Positions 39,181 through 51,100 of a stretch of DNA of 64,000 nucleotides are shown here, one piece after another (position 1 is the first letter of the stretch; every line of letters starts with the position of its first letter). A program made the position numbers and the translations under genes. This stretch comes from Gordius albopunctatus (Eukaryota), in NCBI GenBank assembly GCA_964276515.1, contig OZ193910.1, forward strand, positions 5,456,001-5,520,000. The letters run 5' to 3'. The notes beneath the pieces were generated by a model. The model was not told the origin of the DNA. It made no database searches and saw nothing but the letters and a program-made list of their open reading frames with translations.

Positions 39181-39226
39181 GACTCCCTCAAAATTAAGCA
39201 ACACATATGCAACATTCATTCATAAA

Positions 39227-42200
39227 ATGAAAACCTTGCTAATAGTCCTAATTATAGTTAAAATATTATCATCGCGGGGGATTGCTGGCTATCAAGATGA
39301 CGCAGAAGATGCGGATTTTCCAGAATTTGATGATGAAATTGAAATTGAAGAGGTTTTTGACGATAAAATTGTTAGCCACGACGGCACACCTACTTTAGAA
39401 AAAACGCAAGAAAAATGTGTCAATAATAATTGCCACCAAATGAATAAAAATGTAAAATTGTGCATAAATGAGTTATATCATTTTTACTACATGTATTTTA
39501 CAAAAGTTTTGCATTAAATGCTCTTTTAAAGTTCAAATTTTTTGGCAGAAGCCATAATTATAAAAATGCATAACTATTGCTCACTTAGTTTAAAGTTTTC
39601 TTCCATCTGTATTTGATTTTTAATAATAGAAAGTAGAGGAAGATGATTCATTTAAAGATGAAGAAGAATTTGAAAACTCAGACCATGATTATGATAAGAT
39701 AAATAAAAGAAAAATTAAAGCTCATGCTTCACAATTGAAAATTACTAAAGTATTTTTTCTCTTAAATATAGAACTTATTGTCTAATACTTTAAATTATTT
39801 AACAGGTTCCCATGCATTTTAGGTCAAATTGGGATAACTATTACATTGAAATGATTATGATAGGAGGGCTTGTGATATATTTGGTTAATTTTATCACAGG
39901 CAAAACTAAAAACAATAAGTTAGCAATGCTCTGGCTCGACACTAACAAAGATATATTAGAAAATAATTTTTCATTAGTGGGTAAAGAAGTGTGGATTTTT
40001 TTAAAATTGCTATTATACATTATAGTTTAATATTTAAGAAGATTTTTACCATCATAATTAATGTTCTTCATAGATATATTTTCTATGAAGAACATTATAG
40101 TTTAACCTTAATATCTAAATATTTTTGAAAGTACCAAAACCTAATTTTATTCTTTAGGGGATGACTCCATGTTTACCAATAACCCAGAATCCAGCCATGC
40201 ACGTGAAGATGAAAATTCTAATAACTTAGGTGAAAACACAGATGAGATGATGCCAGGTGCTCTAATTAAAGAATCTGAAAGCATTTATTTGCTATGGTGC
40301 TCTGGGAGAGTTGGGTGTGAGGGGACTCTTATTGAATTAAAACTTCTCAAAAGGCAAGATATTTTCAGCTTACTAACCAGCTACTTTAAAAGAGACAATG
40401 ATAAAGTGGTAAGCACATTTTTGCCTATTTTATAAATAATACCGTCTACGCTATGTTTTAGAAAATTAATTTTAATAAATGTAAGGTTACCATATTTACC
40501 ATAGAAATATGTCCTTAAGTTCATAAAATTGATTTAGATGCTATAGGTGTTGAATTTATTTGATATGTAAGCTAGTATTTTGTGTAGATAATAACAGTAT
40601 ACATGAATTATGAAGATATGGATGCCTATGTACTAGCTGTTGGAAACAAGAAATCTATAAATTTTTTAGCCAAGGACATGAAAGATCTGGTAAAATCATA
40701 TATTTTGTATGAAAAAGAAATATAATTAAATACTTTTTTTGAACATGTTCAGTTTTGAGACGTTTATTTATTTATCATTTTATATTTTAATCAATTATTT
40801 TATTAAATTAAAGTAAATTCAAAACAATATCAAATTTAGTCAAATTAGTCTCTAATATATAGATCGTCCTAAATGGCATGTAAATTAGAGTTATTATGTG
40901 ATTCGCGGTTACCACCCATCTTAAATCGGGCCCTCTCCACATAAAGCGATGTTTATATTTTAGTCTATGCTTATAATTTACCCCTTTTTAACTTCCCACT
41001 TCTTTTAAACCTTCAATTAAAAACACCTTAAAAATATATCTTTTTAATATAATAATGCCTGAAATAAAAATTTTAAACATCAAACTAGTATTGACATAAA
41101 ATTTTAAACAGTTATCAAAACTAATACAAATTTTAAAATTCCCCCAACACCCTATTATTCCTCAATTGTTTTAAAAAATACTTGTTTGTACCTTAAAGTG
41201 AGGCCATTTAATTTGTTTTGCAAATCTGCTAGACAATCTCTTGTCCTCTTTACTTAAAGTTGATTCCTCTAAACAATAATAAAATACAGTATTCTTGTTA
41301 ACTGATGATAAAAAATCATGCCCTATTTCGACAAGGTCAGCTATACATAATATCATTACAAGTGTATATCCGTATTATTCTTTAACATTAATATGATTAT
41401 GGGTTTGTTAGCTTGAAATTATCCTAAATTATTTTTGTAATTCATTCATGGTACACAGACCTCTAACGACCAAAATGTTTATATGAATTAAAAAGTAATT
41501 GGTCAAGACCTATGAAATTTTTACCAAACCTTTTTTTACAAAATTTTAGGATACTGAAAAGACTAGTTTTTTCCGATACACCCCACTTAAACTACCGCGG
41601 GTCAAAATAACGGTTTGAAATAGATTGAGCTAAAATTATGTCATCACTATAGCAATATCTTTATTTTGCCATTTGATAGCATTTTATATATCTTAATCAT
41701 CGTTTTTGAAGAGCTTATATTGCCCCGAAAAAAAGAGCGGGGATAAGCTGGGCTTACCGGCTGGTTACCAGATCCTGAGTGAAATTGGGGAAGCCACAGT
41801 AGCCATCTTAGATCCCAAAGTAATTTTATAGGATATCATCATTGATTACATTATAGTGAGTGATCGATGCATTTGGATTTTTGGTACATTTGTTAGCGTT
41901 ATTACAGATTAAATTGCTTTCCTAAATTTATTGTTTAAATATATTTTGAGGGAATAGCAAAATTGAAAGTGTAGGCCCTTCTTCTTTATACATAGCTCCG
42001 AGCATGAGGGTAGCAGGGAGGGCGGGTCGGCTACCCTTCTCTAAATTCAAAAGTTCCTCAAAATCTTCTATAATTATGATGACTAAAATTTCCAAAAATT
42101 ATAATTTTGCCTCTCCCTAAATCATTATTGCCACCCTCTAAATCTAATCCAGACTACGCCCATGACTCCAAGCCTACCGATTTAAATGGGCACTAACCAT

Positions 42201-43540
42201 TGCGCCCATAATAAATAATTACAAAATTAATTATACAAACGTTTTCACGTGGACATTTTAAAAATGATTACTTTCAGTTGTTACCCTTTACCCCTATTAA
42301 AGAATTTATTTATCTTCTTAAAGGTATTGGCCGTCTTCCAAAAATATTCAAACTTCATCGATTACATCCATTTTTCTGATCAATTTTGCGGCCGAAAATC
42401 TCCAGAGTAAATAACTTTGCAAATTTAGCTTATATTGCCTTTTGCAGGGAAAATTCAACCGTCAAGCCTCAAGATACGAGAAAATGCTTGCGATTTTGTT
42501 TTGACAGTATGCGAATTTCAACTTGATTTTATTTTATTTCTAACATAATTGTTGGATTACAAGCTTTTATATCCTTTCATTTAGTACCTTCGGGCAAATG
42601 GAATTCCAAAGACGAGCTTGCCACGCTAAAGCCCCTTCTCTTGTTTGTCTTTTACTGCATCGACAAAGTTCAACGATTCAAGTTGAGCAAAGAGGTGATG
42701 ATTTCCTGTAAAGTTATCTTATATTTTTAAAAACTAATTAAAGAAAACAAAATTTTTATCACACAAGATTCAAGTTTTTATAACTTTTGATGTTTATTTG
42801 TAAATATAGATTCATAGATACTTTTTATAAATATATCAAAACTTTTGATTTCATCATGTCTTATTAAGCCTAATTAACAATCTATGAAAATATCAAAGCT
42901 TTAGGAGAGAAGAAAAACGTTGTTAAAACATCTGTTGTCATCATGATGACTGTGACTGTAAATAATTAATGATACAATCTTTTTAATCAACCAAACGCCT
43001 TTAAGTTTACTATTTAATTAAAAATTTGCTAAAAAATGGATAAAAACGGTGGTTAAAGTTGCATTTACATTTCATAAACAACTTTATTGAACTATTTTTT
43101 ACAAGATTTTTTTCTTACCCCGTACTCAGGCAAATTTTATGCTTAAAAATGAAAAACATTTTTTCTTCGAATTTCCCCCAACAGGCCAAAGCCAAGAGCG
43201 GAAAAAATAGATTCAAAGTTGAAGATTCTTACTTCAGGCAACAACATACGCAAAGGCAAGAAGCGGCTCAGGTAAGGAGAGAAGAAAAACGCAAGGCGGA
43301 AAAAGAGAGACTACTTAATGAAGAAGACCCTAACAAGCAAAAAAAATTAGAAGTACCCATTAATTATCTTAATTTTTGTCCTGAATATTCTTAATGTTTA
43401 AATATCATTTTTTAAATGTGCTATTTTAGGAAAAAGAATATAAGAGAGAATTGAAGAGAAGAAATCCAAAGTTCAAGCAATTAAAAGTAGATCCTTATTC
43501 TTGTTTTACTCCTAAATTTTTGTTTTAGGTAATGAAATGA
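39227..43540 (+). CDS. CCDC47: PAT complex subunit CCDC47 (calumin), 12 exons
   Basis: Exons 39227-39451, 39630-39749, 39806-39980, 40158-40408, 40588-40689, 41712-41819, 42324-42406, 42448-42506, 42585-42694, 43185-43352, 43430-43486, 43529-43540. Signal peptide, acidic lumenal region, VPMHFRSNWDNYYIEM-TM-GKTKNNKLA...NFSLVGDD, LWCSGRVGC, IHFSDQF and C-terminal coiled coil RQEAAQVRREEKRKAEKERLLNEEDP...KFKQLKVMK, all recognisable CCDC47 motifs. Confidence 0.95.
42003..42164. mobile_element. Short hAT-type MITE (CATGGGCGTAGCCAG TIR family)
   Basis: Ends CATGAGGGTAGCAG / CAGACTACGCCCATG with near-TSD GCTCCGAG / ACTCCAAG; relatives at ~17620-17760, 26118-26170, 57383-57523 and 57980-58112. Confidence 0.6.
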
Positions 43541-43828
43541 AAAGCCACATCGCCATCGTGTTTTAGTCAATTATGAATAACTAAATATTTTATCCATGTT
43601 TGTTTAATATGAAAACGCGTGTTTGTTTAATAACTTTTTTTTAAATATACATATACCTGTTCAGAATAAAACCTTTTATCGGTAATTTTGATGTAGTAAT
43701 AAATATAAAGTTATGATTGCCCTTAGTAATGGGTAAATAAAAAAGCGTTTTAATCATTAATAAAGAGTTCCATTCCGGATTAAATCTAAGGTCTGATTGC
43801 TTTTTCTATAACGTTGTGCAATGCATCT

Positions 43829-46175
43829 ATTTTTTTTCCTATAGCTGCTTGTCACATTTAGTGGTCAGCTCCTTCAAGTAGGTTCTCCATATATTCCTGC
43901 ACTTACACCTTCGCTTTAGCTCGTACCTTTTTAAGTCCATATCAATTTTATGCTTCCGTGTCAGTTTAGGCCTCCCTCTCTTTCGCTTACCTTCGACTTG
44001 CACTTTCTTGATACGATTTGCCGAGTGACTTTCCTCCCGTCTCTCCAAATGGCCATACCATCTCAATCTTCTTACCACCAACTTTCTCTGGATCGGAACT
44101 ACATTTAGTTTATCCCTTATGCCTTGATTTCTTATATGCACATTTTTGCTTATTCCCAAGATCAATCTCAACATTCGCATCTCCATTGTTGCCTTAATTG
44201 CCCAGGTTTCCGCTCCATACAATACCGTGGGTAGAGCCCTGCAAAATGAATTTTTTTTTGCCCGAGCCCGACGCCTCTATTTTTATTTTGCCCGGCCCGA
44301 GCCCGAACGACATTTTTATTTTTGGCCCGACCCGAGCCCGAGCCTGACCCGATTTTTCAAATAGAATATTTTTAAATATCAATTTTAAAATTATTTTATA
44401 CAAATAAATAATGCATTAAATTGTTATTAATCGTAATTTAAACTAGAATAAGTTTAAAATAAAATTTTCATTTTCAATCGCTACAATTTATTTAGCTAAT
44501 AATTTAAAACTGGCGATCTAACTTTATAAAATATTTTTTATCTGACAGTTCCAAATAAAAAACTTTTTTTAAAAAAATCCCTATTTAATTTATAAAGTAA
44601 TAGCTACTATGAATTTATTTAAATACTAGAATAAGATTTGCAATTTAGGCCAAAATATTATAGACAGGGGGAAAAGGCTAAAGTTTGGAAGCTATATTGT
44701 GTATGGTGTACGAAGATAATTATTTAATATCGAGTTGAGTTTGTTTAAATCATATTTTATAAAAAAACTAGTTTGCTTTAGTCATATCAGGCCGGGCTCG
44801 GGCCCTAAGTCGGGCCGCTTTATAAGCCAGACCCGAGCCCAAGGCCCGAATGTTTCTTTAAATTTTGCCCGAGCCCGGCCCAAAACCCGATCGGGTCGGA
44901 CTTTGGACGGCCCGTGCAGGGCTCTAACCGTGGGTACAATAACGGTGTTATATAACCGTCCTTTCAATTTGAGTGGTATGTGCTTGTCACGTAGGACACC
45001 ACTCAACTCCCTGAAATAGCTTCACCTTGTATCACCTTACAATCTCGTACATTCTTTAATTCCTTTCTTGATATTAGGAGAAAGTCAATCTGCGAAGATC
45101 GATTTCCACTTTTGTACGTTATTAGGTGATTTAAATTCTTTTTGAAGAAGGTATTTGTGATGGCCAAATCAAATGCTACGGCGATTTTCAATATTTCGTC
45201 CCCTTCATCGTTTCTCGCTCCGCATCCATTTCCACCATGATACCGTTCAAATCCTTCTCTTGTTTTGCCTACGTGACCATTCATATCCGCTCCGCTCCAA
45301 TTATAACTATCTCAGCTCTGGGTATCATTCGCAGCGTTACCTCTGATTCTTCCCGAAAGTCCTCCTTTTCTTTATCTGTGCATCCTGTTTGCGGAGCATA
45401 TCCGGAAACTACATTAATCATTTAATCTTCTATGCATAGTTTCATCATCATGAGTCGCCCACTTTTTCTTTGTACCTCAATGACTTTATCTTGCAGATGG
45501 GAAGCTAATATGATTGTCACACAATTTTTATTCGTTTCTAGGCCATTGAAGTAAAGTTTATAGCCTTCACTTATCATCCTTGCTTTTGCCCCTTTCCATC
45601 TTTTTTCCTGTATACACGCTATATCGACCCGTCGCTTGCTGAGGGTGTCAGCAACTTCTCGGCATTTTGCAGTCATCGTTCCAACATTTAGCGTGCTCAC
45701 TCTCAATCTCGTCGTTAGCAAACTAGTTTCTCACAGGATACGGGCACCTACCCTGCGCGTCGTTTACGGAGGACGCCCTAGCGCTTTCATTACTTTCCTT
45801 ATTACGAACTTTCATAGTATGCATTTTGGTTTATATGGAATGAGGGAGTATTTATATCCCGGCCTTCCAAGCCTGACAGAACTATGTTAGATTTTGGCGC
45901 TTGACTACCTAATATTCTTTATGATGCCGTCATTTGTGTGAATTAAACTTTTCTTTAGACCACTCGTATTGATAGACTTAATCTAGCACTTCCATTTCAC
46001 TAGTACTCCCTCAAAAAGCCCAGAAATTTTAGTCTGACCCTTCACCAAGAACCTTGCCGATAGGGTGAACCCACCAGTAACATACACAAAATTGTGTTTG
46101 TCTACCAAAGGTATAGCTTCTTGGATCACGAGAGTACACATGCTCAAATACCACTAAAAGGTATTTCTGGCTCGG
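43829..46175 (-). mobile_element. RTE family B copy: 5' UTR, APE and C-terminus, with RT deleted and a MITE inserted
   Basis: APE motifs TLNVGTMTAKCREVADTL, CIQEKRWKG, NTFFKK...ITYKSGNRSSQIDFLL; junction near 45015 straight to SGVLRDKHIPLKLK; C-terminus LYGAETW, LRWYGHLERR, GKRKRGRPK; short A-rich tail. Confidence 0.9.
44232..44926 (-). mobile_element. hAT-type MITE (same family as 12066-12707) with perfect 8-bp TSD
   Basis: TIRs TAGAGCCCTGCA / TGCAGGGCTCTA; TSD ACCGTGGG at 44224-44231 and 44927-44934. Confidence 0.93.
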
Positions 46176-46307
46176 CTGAGCATTTATTTATTTTATGATA
46201 TAAGTATATAGCTTTGAAAAATAGTCTAGCCAAAAAAACCTTCTGTTTTATTGGCCCTTTAAAATCATCGTTCTAGCGGGATGTTTTTATATTACATTTT
46301 TTCAAAA

Positions 46308-46640
46308 AAATATTTTTATTTGCTAAAAATGATACATATGATAAAAATCTTTAAACCATATCCAGCTAAGCTCTTTGACCGCTTTTCGGCTTCTTTGAAT
46401 ACTTTCTCCTTTGTCTCTTCGCATAGTACTATATCATCGGCATATAGCATACACCATTGCGATGGTTTTTGAATCTCTCTTTATCGTGCCCATAATTATG
46501 TTATATAAAAGGGGCTTAGGGCAGATCCTAGATGTAATCCCATTTCAACCTGAAATGGTTTAGAGCCTCGAATAACGCACAAATTTGAGGCTTTGTAAAT
46601 AAAGTCGTACATATGCGTTAGGAAATTTTGTTTTCTCTAT
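46308..46640 (-). mobile_element. RTE family A RT fragment
   Basis: Minus strand encodes a WCMLYADDIVLCEETKEKVF-like segment homologous to 24730-24850. Confidence 0.75.
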
Positions 46641-46874
46641 GAGGGACTAGTGATGTTATGCGGCGCGCCATTTTACACCCACGCTTTAATAGAAAGAAAG
46701 AGACTAAGAAGCTACACCCTTATAAAGGTCCATCGTAATACGCGCTTGCCTAGTGTAAGGTCCCTTTTTTTACTAATTCCTTCCCCCATTGTCCTAAATT
46801 GTAGAAAATAGAACCGCCACATGTGTCATTACATTATTCATTGAAAAAAATAAGGCATGAGGGGGTAAATAGTT

Positions 46875-47506
46875 CTTTGTACATACCCCTCGTAGATGAG
46901 GAAGCACGTCACCCTCTGCATTGTAAATTTAACAAAATCCGGTATGGTAGGCACCAAAAAATAAATACACTGCTTCAAGCTGGCCTCAAACGGGCAAAAG
47001 TCCCTTCGATCCTTGAACCTTCAGATCCCTCTCTCGAAGGGCGGATGCGCCCGGCCGGTTCGTCTCTTATCCCATGGGAAAAAGGTCTTTTCCTAAAATG
47101 GGACTACACCTGTATTGACCTATTTGCCCCCTCCAACGATACTCACGACCCCCTTGGATCGGCAGAGCATCGGAAATCCTTAAAATATTCAGCTTTATCC
47201 CAAACCTCGATTTTTATTCCTATCGTCTCATCGTGCTCAGGGACGTTGGAAGAGCGCATTAATTTTTTTAAAGAACTCAATAAACGCTCGCCCCCTTGTA
47301 AAATATTGAATAGTTTTTTACTACGACAATCAATTGCCATCGAGATCGCTAAATCTAATTTTTATTCTTTGATGGATTCAATGCCCATTCTCAAAGATGA
47401 AGAAACGGATATTGAGTTTTAATCATTTTTTTATATAAATGTTTTCGTTCTTGTATCTTTTTATTAATTCCACTCACTATTTAATACTTTTTACTTGAAT
47501 AAAAAT
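46875..47506 (+). mobile_element. 5'-truncated CRE/HERO-type non-LTR element (RLE domain only)
   Basis: ORF part VDEEARHPLHC...RH...PSILEPSDPSLEGRMRPAGSSLIPW...WDYTCIDLFAPS aligns with the C-terminus of the 48202-51252 ORF; catalytic PD changed to PA; 3' UTR with AATAAA at 47498. Confidence 0.85.
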
Positions 47507-47547
47507 ATCTAGGCGTGCTTTGCAAAAAAATAGTTCTTTGTACTATT

Positions 47548-48099
47548 TACTTTTTTTAACAAAAATAGCAACACTGTGGATAAATCAGTGTCATAAATGA
47601 GGACGGGAAATTACGTAAAAGTTTTTGATTAATTACTAAATTAAATGGGTCAAAATATTATAGCTTAGTTACATCAAAGACTTTAAGACACTTATAAAAA
47701 CCTAGAAACATAAGAAGGATTTTTTGAAGGAGGGGGTTATAAAATTTTCATGGTTAAATTTTTTTTGTAACTATTTTTTTGGATAAAAATAATTTTTTTT
47801 GAAATCCAATGTTTGTTGTGCTTTTACTTGTTACAGATAAAAATTAGTCGAAAGATAAAAATAATTTATAATTTGTGTAATAATTACAAGGGCTTAAGAA
47901 CATTATATTTTTGGAGGGTCATAACAAAGACACCAAGCTTAGTTACAGTTTCTTTGATATTGTAACCCTCCCTTCCCCTTATACCAAAAAAATTTATACA
48001 ACCCTGCGTATCCTCCTGGCTTAATTGTTATAATAAAAGTTGAATGTCCTGTCCGGTAATCGTTTCGTATTAGCTTAGCAAAGTCTTTAATTTAATATT

Positions 48100-48102
<3 letters not shown>
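47548..48102 (+). repeat. 555-bp direct repeat, copy 1 (putative giant TSD)
   Basis: Identical by eye to 52063-52617; ends at the poly(T) tail of the retroelement. Confidence 0.93.
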
Positions 48103-48133
<31 letters not shown>

Positions 48134-51100
48134 TTAAAAAGTTTATTTTCAAGAAACAAAGTTACATTAATAAGCGAAATACAAAAATAAAGACATATTG
48201 GTTAAATACAAAGATTTATATCATTCTCTTCTAAAATGGGCCATGAGTCGGCAAAGGATTTAAAGTTGTATCGTGCAACAAGAATCCCTAGTTGTTGCCT
48301 GAGTAAAAAGGACGCAGAAATTTTAGATTTCGGGGTGCGTTTTCCGATTTCTTTAAAAAACCCCATTGCCTGTTTGCCAAAGGAACCGGAGCACGTGGCA
48401 ACGACAGGGATAAAAATATTGGATGCCAAAAGGGCAGAATACTTTGTAGTTTTACGCCCTTCTTCTGTAGCGATAGGGTCGTAATTAAAATGGGAAGGTG
48501 CAAAAAGGTCGATACAAGTAAAATCCCATTTGAGGGATAGGCCATTTTGCCAGGGGACTAGAGAAGAGCCGTCAGGGCGCATCCTACCTTCAAGGGAGGG
48601 ATCGGATGGCTCAAGGATTGAGGGGATTTTGGCCTTTTTAAGGGCAGCTTGAATTAATAAATTAGCTTTAGTGTGCCTAACGTATTTATATTTGTTTGCT
48701 AGGCAGTGTAGAGGGTGCCTAGCATATTCGTCTACAACGGTAAGGCAGTTTTGACAGTTGAATTCTCTGCTGTAACTAATCCCCAACCTTAAAGCTATGG
48801 AATATGATAGCTCAAAGTCTTCAAGCAGCATTCCCAAAAGTTTGCTGGGATAGGCTTCAAGCCACTCGTGACCGGAACCGTCAAAAGCGAGGGACCTAAG
48901 GTTGTAATGCTGGCTATCATCGCTGCTCGATAAGAGGTAATCAACGGAGCGCGATACTAGTCCGGAATCCCAATCCTTTTGTCTCGTACTTTGAGGTTGG
49001 ATGGTCTCGGGTGTGACATTCAAATTCCAAAGCTCCAAGGCTTGAGTTAGCAGGGGGTCGGAATCATGTTTTATGAGATTAAAAATTAAGTTTTGGACCG
49101 ACTTAAAAGAGGAAATAAAAGCGGCTAGCGATATGCTGCCGGGAGGGCGAATTCCTAATCCTCCAGATTTGGTTGGGAGGGATGCTTGAATCCAATTGTT
49201 AGTATTAAATTTTAAATTTAAAATTTTTTCCAATAACGTTTTTAAAAAGCCTTCGTACGACTTTAAAACGTCTGGGTGTAAAAATGCGCCAGATGAGCGA
49301 AAACAATGATTAATCTTTGAGATGTTAAAATAGTTTTTGATTATGTAAAATGAGTGATGCGCTGGCAAGCATTTTAAAAGTTCCGTTTTAGATTTTAAAA
49401 TTTCAAGGTTCTTATGAAGAAAATTTAAGAGAGATTTTTCACCGCCAATGGGTGATCCCAAAAGGGATATGTTTTCCTTCTCTAAAACTAAAAAAGGTTT
49501 AAAAATTGGAAAGTCAATAGTGTTGGGGGCCTGAAAGATTTCACATTTTTTCGAGTTTAATGTAAGATTCAGAGTGGGTTTAAAATTGTTGATAATTTGT
49601 ATAGCTTTACTGATCTCCTCCGGGCGGCCACATAGGGTGGCGTCGTCGAGATACCAAACATTTAAATCCAGAATACACTGAGATGATATAGCCTCGACTA
49701 AATTATGAATGGCTAAACAAAACAAAGGAGGGCCTAATGGGTCTCCTTGTTGGATGCCTTCGGACGAGTCAATGACGTATTCGCCGAATCGAAGCTTGGT
49801 TGTAGAACCATAGCTTAATAAAATGTAATTTACGAATTGTGGGAATTCAGCTAAAAAAGTGTTAATAAGGGTTTCTCTTCGAATGCAGTTAAAAGCATTG
49901 GCAAAATCTAATTTAACAAAGCAGGACTCGGTGGGAATATTTTGGAGTGTGATCCGGCCAGCATGGCTGGCTGCCTCACATCCGCCTTTAATTCCGAAGC
50001 CGAGTTGATGAGGGCGGAGCTTGGCGGATAAGGAGGGTTTTATGAGTTTGCAGAGGGTTTTTGATATAATACGGCGAAAAAGACTTCCAATGGCGATGGG
50101 TCTAACTGAATTATCCGGTTTTTTGATGGCGATAAGTTTTGCACCGAATAAAATAGGGATGATTTCATGAGGAAATTTTCCGTTAACAATGATATTACAA
50201 AAGGAAGTAATAGAATTTAAAAGAGGTTCAGTATTTAAATTATTCAGGTTGAGTAAATCTTGTAGATATACTGGGCGCCATCCGTCGAGTCCGGCTGCGG
50301 AGTCCAAAGGAAAGGAGTTAAGGGCTTCACGGATGTCTGAAGACTCGAGCACTATTGATGATGGAGTTGTGGGGTATCTACTGGCTGATGATGCTGCTGG
50401 GTGTTTTTGATTAAGCTCCCTATAAGAGTCAGGGCAACAAGGGGCAATTGAGTTGTTATCATAAAAAGCTCTAAGGGCACTTTTTGGGTTGAAATTATGG
50501 ATTTTATTTGAAATGTGCTTGGCTGTTTGGTTAATTGTGGGTTCCAGTGGAAAGGGTTTTGTTTTACTTGTGCATGTAATGGGAACATCAGTATTAAAAC
50601 ACAGAAGGGATTCCTTGATGAGGCTTGATAAATTATGTTCATTAGGTTCCCTAACATAAAGGATATAATATGGGAATTTAAAAAGTTTGTCCCAATTGGT
50701 TAAGTTATAAGGGTTTTTGATAATGGAAGTGAATATATTTAGCAGAGATTGTTGGATGGAAGGTCTGGCTCCTCTTGGGATTCTGGAGATAGTATTAGGA
50801 AATGGGTTTGTTAAAAAAGAATTGCTCCAAGATGAGTCAGGCGGTTGATTTATTGATGGGGAGTATTGTAAGGATGGGGGAATGACGGGGCTAGGAATTG
50901 GCAATAGGGGAGTCTCTTCAAAGTTAGAAGCCAGGGGTGGAATTGGTAAGCAGGGTGGAGGTAATTTGCCCGAAGAAGGGCATCTTGAAGAGACTGGGCC
51001 ATGAATCCAGAAACAATTATGTTTATCAAGGCATATTCGTCGCTTACAAGTTGGGCATAGGGGTTTAGGGATTAACATATGTTGAATAAAAAAACCTTGA

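Noticed and set aside
47548..48102. SL RNA or snRNA gene as the retroelement target
   Set aside because: Only generic ATTTTTGG Sm-like strings (~47773, ~47907); no recognisable leader, donor or stem-loop layout. An Rfam scan is needed to exclude it fully.
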